Source of the DNA: an uncultured Verrucomicrobiae bacterium
Lineage (GTDB): Bacteria; Verrucomicrobiota; Verrucomicrobiia; Limisphaerales; Palsa-1400
Assembly: GCA_963702845.1 (NCBI GenBank)
Contig: OY969763.1
Location: forward strand, 1,024,001 to 1,088,000
Reading direction: 5' to 3'
DNA: 64,000 nt
Below the pieces are notes generated by a model. That model saw only the letters and a list, made by a program, of their open reading frames with translations. It was not told where the DNA came from and ran no database searches. Below, piece after piece: positions 9,693 through 18,795 of the stretch. The position numbers and the translations under genes are program-made. Each line of letters begins with the position of its first letter. Within the stretch, counting starts at the first letter, position 1.

Positions 9693-11078
9693 TCAGAAAT
9701 CGTCGTTTGAATTGGCTTTTCCTCGACGTGATTTTTCGGGGGCGTTCGTCTTGGGAAAGGACTTTGCTAAATCTGTCTTCACATTTTTAAACTCTATCCT
9801 GCTGGCGAGGTTGGTCCACTCGTAGGGATCGTTTGAGTGATCATAAAGTTCTTCACCGCCATCGGCGTAGCGGATGTAGCGCCATTGTTCATTGCGAGCG
9901 GTGTGGTTTTGGTAACCAAAGGTGCAGAGGGTCGGTGTTTTCCATTCGGCTTTCGGATCCGCTAAAAGGGGTTTGATGCTGATGCCTTCAACGTGTTTGG
10001 GCACGGGTATGCCACTCAGTTCGCAGAGCGTCGGGTAAATGCTCATGAAATCGACTGGCCGTTCACAAATTGTTCCTGGTTTGGTCAGGCCGGGCACAGA
10101 CCAAATCAACGGCGCGCGCACCGCTTCTTCCCACAAGGCAAATTTTCGCCAATGACTTTTCTCGCCGAGGTGCCAGCCGTGATCGCCCCAGAAAACAATG
10201 ATGGTGTTATCGCGATACGCGCTTTTCTCGAAGGCGTCCAGCAATCGCCCAACGTTCATGTCCATGTAGGCGATAGTCGCCAGATACGATTGGACGGCCG
10301 CTTTCCAGCGACCGCTTTTGACGATGGCTTTGTGATCGCCGTTAGGTTTGGCCATGCGCACACCGGCGGGTGGAACATCGTTTAGATCGTCCGCCAGATA
10401 GGGCGGCAGTTGAATGCTCTCCAGCGGGAACATGTCATAATATTTACGCGGGACTGCCCAGGGCAGATGCGGTTTGTGCATACCGCAGGCGAGGAAGAAA
10501 GGGCGGTCATGTTTTTTGCCAAGCTGTTCAATGCAGTAATCGGTGATCTGCCAGTCTGCGAGATCCTGATCTTTTAGATCGTGCTTCACGGGGATGAGGA
10601 AGCCTTCATTTTTCGCGACCCCTCGTCCGTGCTCGTCGGCATCCGAGCCTTGCATTTTCATATAATCATCCCACTCGCCGGGATAGTAGGTGTTGCCGTG
10701 ATAAATTTTTCCAGCGCCTGCGGCGTAATAGCCGGCTTGTCGAAAAGCCTGAGATAGCCCACGTCCTTCCGGAATAAACTTTTTCCAGTTCTCGCCGTTC
10801 TGATAACAACCGGTCGTGCTCGGTCTGAGGCCACTGAGCAAAGCTGCCCTTGAGGGATTGCACAAAGGTGCGGCGCAATCGGCGCGCATGAACGAAGTTC
10901 CCATCTTTGAAAGACGATCGATGTTCGGTGTTTTCGTCTGGGGATTGCGCCCGGTATAGCCGACCCAATGATTAAGGTCGTCTACAGCGATAAAAAGCAC
11001 GTTGGGTCGTTGTTCGGTTTTGGCCAGGGCTGTCGTTAACACCGTTGCCAAAATGAACAAAGATAAAAGGTGTCGCAT
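9693..11078 (-). CDS. Secreted Cys-type sulfatase (iduronate/choline-sulfatase-like)
   Basis: PNVLFIAVDDL, CNPSR formylglycine motif, GKIYH, KPHLP, GDHGWHLGEK; signal peptide. Confidence 0.93.
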   Translation of the reverse strand: MRHLLSLFILATVLTTALAKTEQRPNVLFIAVDDLNHWVGYTGRNPQTKTPNIDRLSKMGTSFMRADCAAPLCNPSRAALLSGLRPSTTGCYQNGENWKKFIPEGRGLSQAFRQAGYYAAGAGKIYHGNTYYPGEWDDYMKMQGSDADEHGRGVAKNEGFLIPVKHDLKDQDLADWQITDYCIEQLGKKHDRPFFLACGMHKPHLPWAVPRKYYDMFPLESIQLPPYLADDLNDVPPAGVRMAKPNGDHKAIVKSGRWKAAVQSYLATIAYMDMNVGRLLDAFEKSAYRDNTIIVFWGDHGWHLGEKSHWRKFALWEEAVRAPLIWSVPGLTKPGTICERPVDFMSIYPTLCELSGIPVPKHVEGISIKPLLADPKAEWKTPTLCTFGYQNHTARNEQWRYIRYADGGEELYDHSNDPYEWTNLASRIEFKNVKTDLAKSFPKTNAPEKSRRGKANSNDDF

Positions 11079-11230
11079 AATATTTGTGCGTCTGCGGAAC
11101 ACGAAGAGATTGGCAAATGTGCGCGAATTGGAAATGGAAAAGTTGAATACTTCAAATTTCAGAGAAGTGTCAAACTCCGGGATCCGAGGCGTTAACTCGG
11201 GGACGAGTGTTCAACCCCGATTTTGGCTTC

Positions 11231-13054
11231 CTAGGGGAACAGTATACGCAGGAACTGTTGTGTGCCGGATGGGTTGTTCGTGAATGAGAGCACGCCGTAA
11301 CTGTCGGTAAAGTTCGTCGCAATCGGCGTCCATTGGATTGGTGAGGTCAGATCAGTGGCGGATTGGATGATGTATGTGAGCCCGGGCATGGTGTTTCCGG
11401 TGATCGCGGACTGGGAAGCGTCGAAGCCGACAGATGGCGGAGTCGCGACTGAAAGCGTTGCAGGGTTGCTGTTGGTGAAACCTGAGGTGTTGGTCACGGT
11501 CACGGAATAACTTCCCGATTCGTTCGCGCTTATCGATGTTAGGCTCAGACTGCTGGTGCCGGTGCCGGAATAGGCGCCAGTGTCAGACAACGGTGAATTG
11601 TTTTTGTTCCACTGGTAACTTAACGGATTGCTGCCGGACGCGGTGACAGAAAAACTGGCATTCTGGCCGACCAGTACCGATTTCGCAACGGGCTGTGCAG
11701 TAACCGTTGGGGGCGAACTGATCGTAACAATCGCTGGCGCGCTGGTGGTGCTGCCCCAGTAGTTTGTCACAACGACGGTATACGTTCCGGAGTCTGATAC
11801 GGTTGCGCCGCCGATTGTGTAGCTGGTGTTTATGTTCGTGCCGGTGATGTTTTGTGAGAACACAAGGCTGCCGTTCTTATACCAGTTATAACCCTGATTC
11901 AAAGAGGCACCGAAAGGATTCTGTTGAACTGACGCGGAGACATTGAGAGTGACGTTGTTGCCGCTGTTCGTCGTTACTCCGGTTGGAGAAGACGTGATCC
12001 CTGGCGGAACGCCGAATGCCCAATACGAGTCGTATTCCTGTTGATTCACGATGACGTTTCCACCGGGGAGCACACTGTTGAACACAACCGAATAAATACC
12101 GCTGTGCGCCGCATAGATTTGGTTGGGGACAAGAGTCAGGTTGCTTCCGCTTTGGCTGAAACTGGTGATGTCGGCGTAATTATATTGCCACTTATAGGTA
12201 TTCGTCGCGGTGGAGAAGTTGGTGATGTAGCTTGTCAACATGAGCGCATTGCTCACGGTGAAATAGTTGGTGTAATGAAACGCCAGTTGATTGCTACCTG
12301 CGGTTCGGCAAACCGTCATGTACGCAGCGGCCGTTGAAGTGCCTTGTGAGTTCGACGCAACCACGCTGTAAACACCCGCGTTTGTCGGATCAACAGATGC
12401 CCGCGCCAAACTTGATCCTGTGCCGATCTGAGTAGAAGGGCTCGGTAAGCCTTGATACCAGATGTAAGTCGGCGTGGGGTTGCCGTAGGCACCGGCGCTG
12501 AACAGGACCTCAGCTCCTTGCTGCGCGGTCACACTCTGCGGCGGTGAAGTGAAGCTTGGCGAAGCCAGCGCCGCGTTGGTTGGCGCAATGATGATCGAGG
12601 CGCTCCGACTATCAGTCAAACCGCTACAGATACCGTCCCAAATTTTGAGAGTGAACGGAAACGTCCCGTTGTTTGTTGGCGTGCCGGAAACCGTTGCTTT
12701 GTTCAGGCCGGCGTAGGAAATTTTTAGCCCTTGTAGGAAGCTGAGCTGGCCGCTCATGCAAACGTTGGACAACATCATCGAACTGACCGAGCCGGCATGG
12801 CTGCCTGAATAGGTAATGGTGCCGATGTAGGAAACCCCGTTCGTCGCGGTGACCGGTGAAATGGCGATGCTCGAGGCGCTGGATACGGCGTCGAAGCCGA
12901 AGAGGCCGATGGCACCGGCACCGATGCGCAGCACAACACCCCATGCGCATGGCGCGATTTCACGCGCTTGCATCAGCACGGTTCGAAGCAATGGCGCGAC
13001 CTGTAAAATGCACGCCAGGAACAGTGGCAGAATTTTAGACACAGTCTTTTTCAT
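11231..13054 (-). CDS. Secreted/membrane-anchored multi-Ig-domain protein with DAVSSAS motif and shared C-terminal domain
   Basis: Long hydrophobic N-terminus, several Ig I-set repeats (YQW...GxYSV), ends QQFLRILFP; start trimmed to MKKTVSK. Confidence 0.88.
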   Translation of the reverse strand: MKKTVSKILPLFLACILQVAPLLRTVLMQAREIAPCAWGVVLRIGAGAIGLFGFDAVSSASSIAISPVTATNGVSYIGTITYSGSHAGSVSSMMLSNVCMSGQLSFLQGLKISYAGLNKATVSGTPTNNGTFPFTLKIWDGICSGLTDSRSASIIIAPTNAALASPSFTSPPQSVTAQQGAEVLFSAGAYGNPTPTYIWYQGLPSPSTQIGTGSSLARASVDPTNAGVYSVVASNSQGTSTAAAYMTVCRTAGSNQLAFHYTNYFTVSNALMLTSYITNFSTATNTYKWQYNYADITSFSQSGSNLTLVPNQIYAAHSGIYSVVFNSVLPGGNVIVNQQEYDSYWAFGVPPGITSSPTGVTTNSGNNVTLNVSASVQQNPFGASLNQGYNWYKNGSLVFSQNITGTNINTSYTIGGATVSDSGTYTVVVTNYWGSTTSAPAIVTISSPPTVTAQPVAKSVLVGQNASFSVTASGSNPLSYQWNKNNSPLSDTGAYSGTGTSSLSLTSISANESGSYSVTVTNTSGFTNSNPATLSVATPPSVGFDASQSAITGNTMPGLTYIIQSATDLTSPIQWTPIATNFTDSYGVLSFTNNPSGTQQFLRILFP

Positions 13055-13067
13055 AAAAATTTTTAAG

Positions 13068-13286
13068 TTAGTTGCAGCCGCATCCACCGCCGCCCACACT
13101 GCGTCCGCCCGAGGCCATTTCGCGTGAGAAGAAAATGTGTTCTTCCTGCGCGGTGCTGATTGGATCGCGATCTGCGCGCATGGTGTAGTCTGCGAGCGTG
13201 CCGCGTTGCCATGGTTTCACATTCTGGCAACCGGTCAGCGCGAACATCCCACAGGCGAAGGCGAAACAAATAAGAACGGTTTTCAT
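13068..13286 (-). CDS. DUF4266 family small lipoprotein
   Basis: Lipobox LTGC, VKPWQRGTLA, SRE, C-terminal GGGGCGCN. Confidence 0.9.
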   Translation of the reverse strand: MKTVLICFAFACGMFALTGCQNVKPWQRGTLADYTMRADRDPISTAQEEHIFFSREMASGGRSVGGGGCGCN

Positions 13287-13291
13287 AAAAG

Positions 13292-13792
13292 TTACTTCTT
13301 CAAAAGCGTTTCGATTTCATGCGTATATTCCTGCTTCGTTTTCGCGCCGTAATAGCCGGTGTGCGCGAAACGGACCTTGCCGGTTGTGTCGATCAGGAAT
13401 GAACTTGGCATGGCGGACACTTCAGTTTTTTCCACGAGCTTTTTGCCGTCAGGACCAGCTTCGCGAACGGTATTGAATGAAACCGGATGTTGTTGCAGGA
13501 AATCGTCCATGTCCGCCTTTTTTTCGTCTTCGCTCACGGCAATGATCACAAAACCTTGCGGGCCGTATTTCTTTTGCAGCTCGTCGAGCGTTGGGAAAGA
13601 TTGTTTACACGGTCCGCACCAGGACGCCCAGAAATCGACCAGGACAACCTTCCCCTTCGTGTCCGGCACAGCGCCGTCGAACTTGTAATCGCTCAGTGTT
13701 GGAAAGGAGTCGCCAGTCTTTACTTCTGCCTGCACAACCGACACGAAGCAGCACGCCGCGAGAGCGATCAACGAAAACTTATAAAGTCGCAT
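13292..13792 (-). CDS. TlpA-like periplasmic thioredoxin (disulfide reductase)
   Basis: [16 protein letters not shown]; cis-Pro motif AMPSSFLID; signal peptide. Confidence 0.93.
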   Translation of the reverse strand: MRLYKFSLIALAACCFVSVVQAEVKTGDSFPTLSDYKFDGAVPDTKGKVVLVDFWASWCGPCKQSFPTLDELQKKYGPQGFVIIAVSEDEKKADMDDFLQQHPVSFNTVREAGPDGKKLVEKTEVSAMPSSFLIDTTGKVRFAHTGYYGAKTKQEYTHEIETLLKK

Positions 13793-14801
13793 AATGATGA
13801 AATCCTTTCGATTGGGTTCGTCCGGTTTCTGTGGTCACTGCACCTTCGACGTTGGCACACATGTGCATCATCTCGACCCCTTCGCGTGCGCCAAGGATGA
13901 ACGCCGATGTGGAAATAATCCCGGCGACTGTACAACTCGGTGCGATCACTGAAACCGCCAAAACTTTATTGTTCACCGGCCAGCCGGTGCGCGGATCGAT
14001 GATATGGCCAAATCGGCGGCCATCGATAGAAAAGTGTCGTAGATAATCGCCGGAGGTTGCGACCGCGTGATTGTTTACGGCAACGCCAGTCCAGCAGTGG
14101 CCGGGGCGTTTGGGATCATCCAATCCGATGTGCCACGCCGGTTTGTCCGCGGGTTGGCCATGGACGCGCACGTCGTGGCCGAAATCGACGAGGACGTTCG
14201 CGATGCCGCGCTCCAAACACAGAGTGACGACTCGATCGACGGCGTATTCTTTTCCGATGCCGCCGAGGTCGAGGCACATGCCCTTGCGCGGCAGAAAAAT
14301 GCCGCCTTTGCGCCGCTGAATTTTGCGCCAACCGACGATCTCGCGAGTTGCGGCAATCGTGTCCTTGGTCGGGATTACCGGCGGATTAGCTTTCCAGTTC
14401 CACAGCCGAATGAGGGGCAGGGACGTTGGATCGAACACGCCCTTGGTGAAAAAAATCATCTCCTGACACAGATTAAATATCGCGTCAGCTTCGGCATCGA
14501 CTTCTACCCAATGTTCGCCCGCAACGGCATTGATTTGGCTAATCAAACTGTCGGGAATGAAACGAGAATACTTCGCTTCGAACGCGGAGACCCAATCGAG
14601 AATTTCGTCCTGCAACTGCCGTGCCAGCGCAGGATTTGTCGCGCGAAAGTTCACGCGACACGTCGTGCTCATCGCGGTAAACGTAAGCTGATGAAATGAT
14701 TCGCCCGCCGCATTGTGGCCAATCACCGATGCAGTGCGTTGCGCTGAGCGCCAAATGCGCTCGTGCACCATCTGCAATGAATCTGGAGCGTTCAAAACCA
14801 T
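13779..14801 (-). CDS. apbE: FAD:protein FMN transferase
   Basis: [37 protein letters not shown] motifs. Confidence 0.93.
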   Translation of the reverse strand: MVLNAPDSLQMVHERIWRSAQRTASVIGHNAAGESFHQLTFTAMSTTCRVNFRATNPALARQLQDEILDWVSAFEAKYSRFIPDSLISQINAVAGEHWVEVDAEADAIFNLCQEMIFFTKGVFDPTSLPLIRLWNWKANPPVIPTKDTIAATREIVGWRKIQRRKGGIFLPRKGMCLDLGGIGKEYAVDRVVTLCLERGIANVLVDFGHDVRVHGQPADKPAWHIGLDDPKRPGHCWTGVAVNNHAVATSGDYLRHFSIDGRRFGHIIDPRTGWPVNNKVLAVSVIAPSCTVAGIISTSAFILGAREGVEMMHMCANVEGAVTTETGRTQSKGFHHYATL

Positions 14802-16186
14802 CCGCGCAGTCCGATTGTAAAAACGTTGGCTGCCGGGTACGCGCTTTGCGAAGTCACGGCGTCCAGACCGCGCATCACATAGCGCATGTATCCAGCATCC
14901 AACGATAAGTGTTTTTGAATTTGATATGTTGCTCGCAGGCTGAGTGAAAATGTATTCAGTTCTGTGAGCCGATAGTCTGACGAATACGCCGCTGGCAAGT
15001 TGTTGAAATCCGGGACGAGCACGTAATAAAAACTGGCGACGGTTTGATAGTAGTACCGAAACATTGGCGACAATACGACGCGCTTGCCCACCTTTTGATT
15101 CCAGCGAAGATCAATGGTGTGCGCGTTGATCTGCCACGAATCGTGGAAGAACCGGTAACTCATTTCCAAGCCGCCATTGAGGGGATCGACGAACCGGTTG
15201 TAGCCCAGGTAAATGATTCCAAGTGTGCGATGGCGTGGACGTTTTTCGGGTAGCAGCGCGGCGTCGCTTGGGTTGTCCTGGAAAAAATTAGTCGCCGTCA
15301 TCACGCCGCGATAAGGATCGGACAAATATCCTGTCTCCGTTCCGAACGTCAGGTTCGCCGTCACGTATGATTTGGGCGTGAGCAGTTGGGTGACGCCGAC
15401 GAGAAGATCGTGGGTGCTTTTGTGTTCCCACACTAAATTCGCATCGCGGACAATGTCGAAATTGCCGGACCAACCAAAATTCAACGTCGAGTTCTTGTTA
15501 TTGAAGTTGAACGCGTCAGTGAACGCAATTCCGCGCGAAACGTAGTCACTTTCTGCGCTGAACGCGATGCCCGGCGTGAACTCGTGTTGCTGGAACGTAA
15601 TCGGGAACCCTAACGCAAAGGCAGCGCGGAAGTCGTGCATCTGCGTTAGCGGCACGGTGTTGTTTCTGAAATTCGGATTATTTGTGAGGCTTTGAAAACT
15701 GGAGGCTGCGCTATTCGTCGCATCGCGGCGCGCATCTGCCTGTGCTTGTGGCAAAATGCTGTTGGTCATGTCCTGGAGCGATTCCAATCCAGTCACGACG
15801 AAATTCTGATAATTGAAATTGCTCGCGCTCAGGAAGTGACTCGTGAACGCCTGTTGATAGGCGGTGTTGAATAAATCGTTTTGAGTCGGGAACGGCCATT
15901 GTGACTGGGGCGGTGCTCCGGTCGGTGTTGCGCCGGAAATGGAATCAAAAACAAGCTGACCAGCGGCGCGCACCTGTGGTCCTAACGCGACATCTAAATT
16001 AAATGTGTCGGTTTCAACTTTGATGCGGTCGTCGTCCTCTTTGTACCATTCGTGGCGATAACCGGTCGTGTCCTCCTGCGCCTGCGCCCGGATTATTCGC
16101 AGCATGAACAACAGCAGCGCCAGTCTCAGTGCGAGCCGGCGATTGCGGGGACAAAATTCGTGTGCGTCAGAGCAAGGGCGTTTCAA
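14792..16186 (-). CDS. DUF3570 outer-membrane beta-barrel with DSISGAT flavinylation motif
   Basis: YKEDDDRI, DSISGATPTG, ESDYVS, GYLSDPY, EKRP, SSDYRL, terminal aromatic WF; start placed at a TTG overlapping the upstream stop. Confidence 0.88.
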   Translation of the reverse strand: MKRPCSDAHEFCPRNRRLALRLALLLFMLRIIRAQAQEDTTGYRHEWYKEDDDRIKVETDTFNLDVALGPQVRAAGQLVFDSISGATPTGAPPQSQWPFPTQNDLFNTAYQQAFTSHFLSASNFNYQNFVVTGLESLQDMTNSILPQAQADARRDATNSAASSFQSLTNNPNFRNNTVPLTQMHDFRAAFALGFPITFQQHEFTPGIAFSAESDYVSRGIAFTDAFNFNNKNSTLNFGWSGNFDIVRDANLVWEHKSTHDLLVGVTQLLTPKSYVTANLTFGTETGYLSDPYRGVMTATNFFQDNPSDAALLPEKRPRHRTLGIIYLGYNRFVDPLNGGLEMSYRFFHDSWQINAHTIDLRWNQKVGKRVVLSPMFRYYYQTVASFYYVLVPDFNNLPAAYSSDYRLTELNTFSLSLRATYQIQKHLSLDAGYMRYVMRGLDAVTSQSAYPAANVFTIGLRGWF

Positions 16187-18717
16187 GGGCAAAGGATCCG
16201 GTAGAATTGGTTGGTCCCACCCGCTATCCCATTGGTGAACTGCACGAGGCCATTCGCGTCGGCCATGTTGGTGGCCACTGTGACCCACGGAATTGGCGGC
16301 GCGAGCGAATCTGCACTTTGCAACAAATACGGATCACCCGCAACGCCGCTTGCGCGCAGGAGAAGTGTATCGGCAGAAACTTGTGACGAGATTTGCGGGG
16401 GCGGCAAAACCGTCAACGTCGCTGGGGCACTGGTCGCGGTTCCGTATTGATTGGATACGATGATGCTATAACTGCCGGCTTGATCGACGGTGACGTTTGC
16501 CAGTGCCAGATTGGAAGTGGTTGTACCGGACAAGGCGGTGCCGCCGTTGAGATACCATTGATAGGTCAACGTCGGCGTTCCGGTGGCGATTGCGTTAAAG
16601 CTGACGTTTTTGCCAGCGAGAACAGTTTGATTGCCGCTTTGTTGAACAATCACAGGGGCGTTGGGCATCGCAAGAATTCCAGCGGCGCTGATTGCGACGT
16701 TGGTGCTGTAAAAAGTCTGGGTGAGTGATGGGTCTACCGTGATCCATTCAACGGCTGTTGGAGATGCGTAAGGCCAAATCACACTCGGACCTAAAATGTA
16801 GTAAACGATGACGGCTGGATCAGTCGGGTTTGCCGGCCATGTGTAGCGGCTTTTTCCCGGAACATCCGCCAGCGGCTGTTCAGACATTTGACCTTCCACA
16901 TTCCATGCCGCCACTGGCAGGCACGCGTTGGTCGAAGACCAGGCGAACATGTTTACCGCAGAATCATTGGTGGTAATCATATTGTATCCACCGAAAAAAT
17001 TCTCCAAAGCCGACGAAACAAAAAACGAGTTGGCGGGGATTTTCGTGCTGCTGTTTGTCGTGCCAGCCAGCGATGTGTTGCCCGTATAGGAGTAGGTGAC
17101 AGGATAGTTGGTCGGCAGGTACGGAATGGACGCGCGGTTGAACGTCGCGGCAAAGTCGCCGGTTGAGTTCGTTGTTTTCCCGGCGACTACTGCACCGTTG
17201 AGATTGACGGTAATCGTTTCGTTTAGCGCGGGATAGATAGGGCCCGGGGCACTCAACTTTCCGGACAACGTGACTGTCTGGACGCCTGTGCCCACAGCAG
17301 TTGTTTGGCTGACCGACAAGTTGGTGAATGCCGGCGCGGGTTTGACGACAAGATTGAGTTGCCCGCCAGCGATCACCAGCGAGGCAGCGTTGTTGGTTGC
17401 AATGCCTGTGCCGAGAACTGAAACCGTCGGATTCGGTGTCCCGTTGATGCTGGCGCTGGACACTTGGATGAGACGGTATGTGCCCGCCCCTAGCGGTGTG
17501 GCGGCGGCATTGGTTACGGTGATGGCATTGTTATTAAGCGTTAATGAGCCTTGCGTGATGTAGAGCGGCGGATGAGTTGTGTCGCCCGTAAATGTCACAG
17601 GAGTGAAATTCAAAACGACAGGTCGCGTTCCGAAACTTACTACGCCCGCCGTGGGTCCGCCTTTGATCATCGCGGCGGCCGTCGTTCCGGTTCCGGTTCC
17701 AGCGACAAATAAAGTTGTGCTGCTGCCGAGCGTCCAAAGGTTGTTGGCTGACACATCGAGCACCGATCCATTTGCGCCGGGGATAATTCTGATCCGCGAG
17801 GAACTGCCGATGGAGCCCGTTACGCCGATCGTCAACGAACCGTTGCTGATCGTCGTGACGCCAGTGTAAGTATTCGCGCCAGTCAACTTAAGCGCCGCGG
17901 TGCCAAATTTGTTCAAGCCACCTGTTCCCGACATGATCCCTGAGATCGTCACCGCATTTGCATTGATGCCAATGCCGGGTATGGCTGCGCCCAACGTCCA
18001 ATTCCCCGCCAGCGTCAGTCCGCCGGTGTTGCCCGTGAAATTGATGTTCGTTCCGACGACTGCCGTGAACGGATTGGTAATCGTGATCGGATTACTGCCT
18101 TCAGCAACCAGAGTGTAATTCTGGCTGCTGGCAAACATCTGGATCGGTCCGGTGCCGAATGCCGAATCGTTGTTGAAGTAAACAGTTCCGGTAAAACTTA
18201 TAACCGTGCCCCCGGAATTGTATCCGAGCTTCGTGCCACCCGAATACGTGTTCGTGCCGTGCAAGTAGGTTGATTTGGAACCTTCCAGCACAATGTTTCC
18301 CGTGCCGATCATCGGAACGCCAACCGTCGTCGTGCCGCCGTTGGAACCGGAAGTGTGCAGCGCTGAATCGGTTGCCATGTTGAGCGCACCAGCGCCAGCG
18401 ATGGTGACGAAACATCCCGGGGGCGTCAGCGAGCCATTAAAAATACCTGCGCAGTTGATAGTTGTGTCCAATTGGACGGTAAAAGTGCCGGTTCCGGAAG
18501 ACCCTGCGCAAAAACAAGCAGCGACGTTGTCCTGCCACGCAAAAGGACTCGCGGTCAATGCGGAGGTTGTCGCCCATTCCGCAGTAGTTGTGTCCCATGT
18601 TCCAGCAGGTGTTGCGCTGGCACTGGCGCCTGTTGGATCCCAATAATAGACTGTCGCCCGCGCGGTGACATTGAGAAGGAGAACGCAGGCGGAGGTAATT
18701 ACTAGAATTGGGCGCAT
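16183..18717 (-). CDS. Secreted adhesin-like protein: autotransporter-associated beta-strand repeats + Ig domains + shared C-terminal domain (no beta-barrel)
   Basis: GTNTYSGGT and LTGANTYTGVTTISNGSL repeats; Ig domain TYQW...GSYS; ends NQFYRILCP. Confidence 0.88.
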   Translation of the reverse strand: MRPILVITSACVLLLNVTARATVYYWDPTGASASATPAGTWDTTTAEWATTSALTASPFAWQDNVAACFCAGSSGTGTFTVQLDTTINCAGIFNGSLTPPGCFVTIAGAGALNMATDSALHTSGSNGGTTTVGVPMIGTGNIVLEGSKSTYLHGTNTYSGGTKLGYNSGGTVISFTGTVYFNNDSAFGTGPIQMFASSQNYTLVAEGSNPITITNPFTAVVGTNINFTGNTGGLTLAGNWTLGAAIPGIGINANAVTISGIMSGTGGLNKFGTAALKLTGANTYTGVTTISNGSLTIGVTGSIGSSSRIRIIPGANGSVLDVSANNLWTLGSSTTLFVAGTGTGTTAAAMIKGGPTAGVVSFGTRPVVLNFTPVTFTGDTTHPPLYITQGSLTLNNNAITVTNAAATPLGAGTYRLIQVSSASINGTPNPTVSVLGTGIATNNAASLVIAGGQLNLVVKPAPAFTNLSVSQTTAVGTGVQTVTLSGKLSAPGPIYPALNETITVNLNGAVVAGKTTNSTGDFAATFNRASIPYLPTNYPVTYSYTGNTSLAGTTNSSTKIPANSFFVSSALENFFGGYNMITTNDSAVNMFAWSSTNACLPVAAWNVEGQMSEQPLADVPGKSRYTWPANPTDPAVIVYYILGPSVIWPYASPTAVEWITVDPSLTQTFYSTNVAISAAGILAMPNAPVIVQQSGNQTVLAGKNVSFNAIATGTPTLTYQWYLNGGTALSGTTTSNLALANVTVDQAGSYSIIVSNQYGTATSAPATLTVLPPPQISSQVSADTLLLRASGVAGDPYLLQSADSLAPPIPWVTVATNMADANGLVQFTNGIAGGTNQFYRILCP

Positions 18718-18795
18718 ATGGTTGACCGCTTATGATACGCAACCGAAATAACGAAAATGCACCGTGTAATATTAAAAAACTTTTATGTTCGTTCC

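Noticed and set aside
18625..18645. DPTGAS in the 16183-18717 protein as a flavinylation site
   Set aside because: The Asp is one position off the D-x-x-[ST]GA[ST] spacing, and TGAS is expected by chance in a G/T/A/S-rich protein.
18765..18792. Binding box for the OmpR-family regulator (attaaaaaacttttat)
   Set aside because: Only a weak AT-rich pseudo-palindrome; not distinguishable from promoter background by eye.
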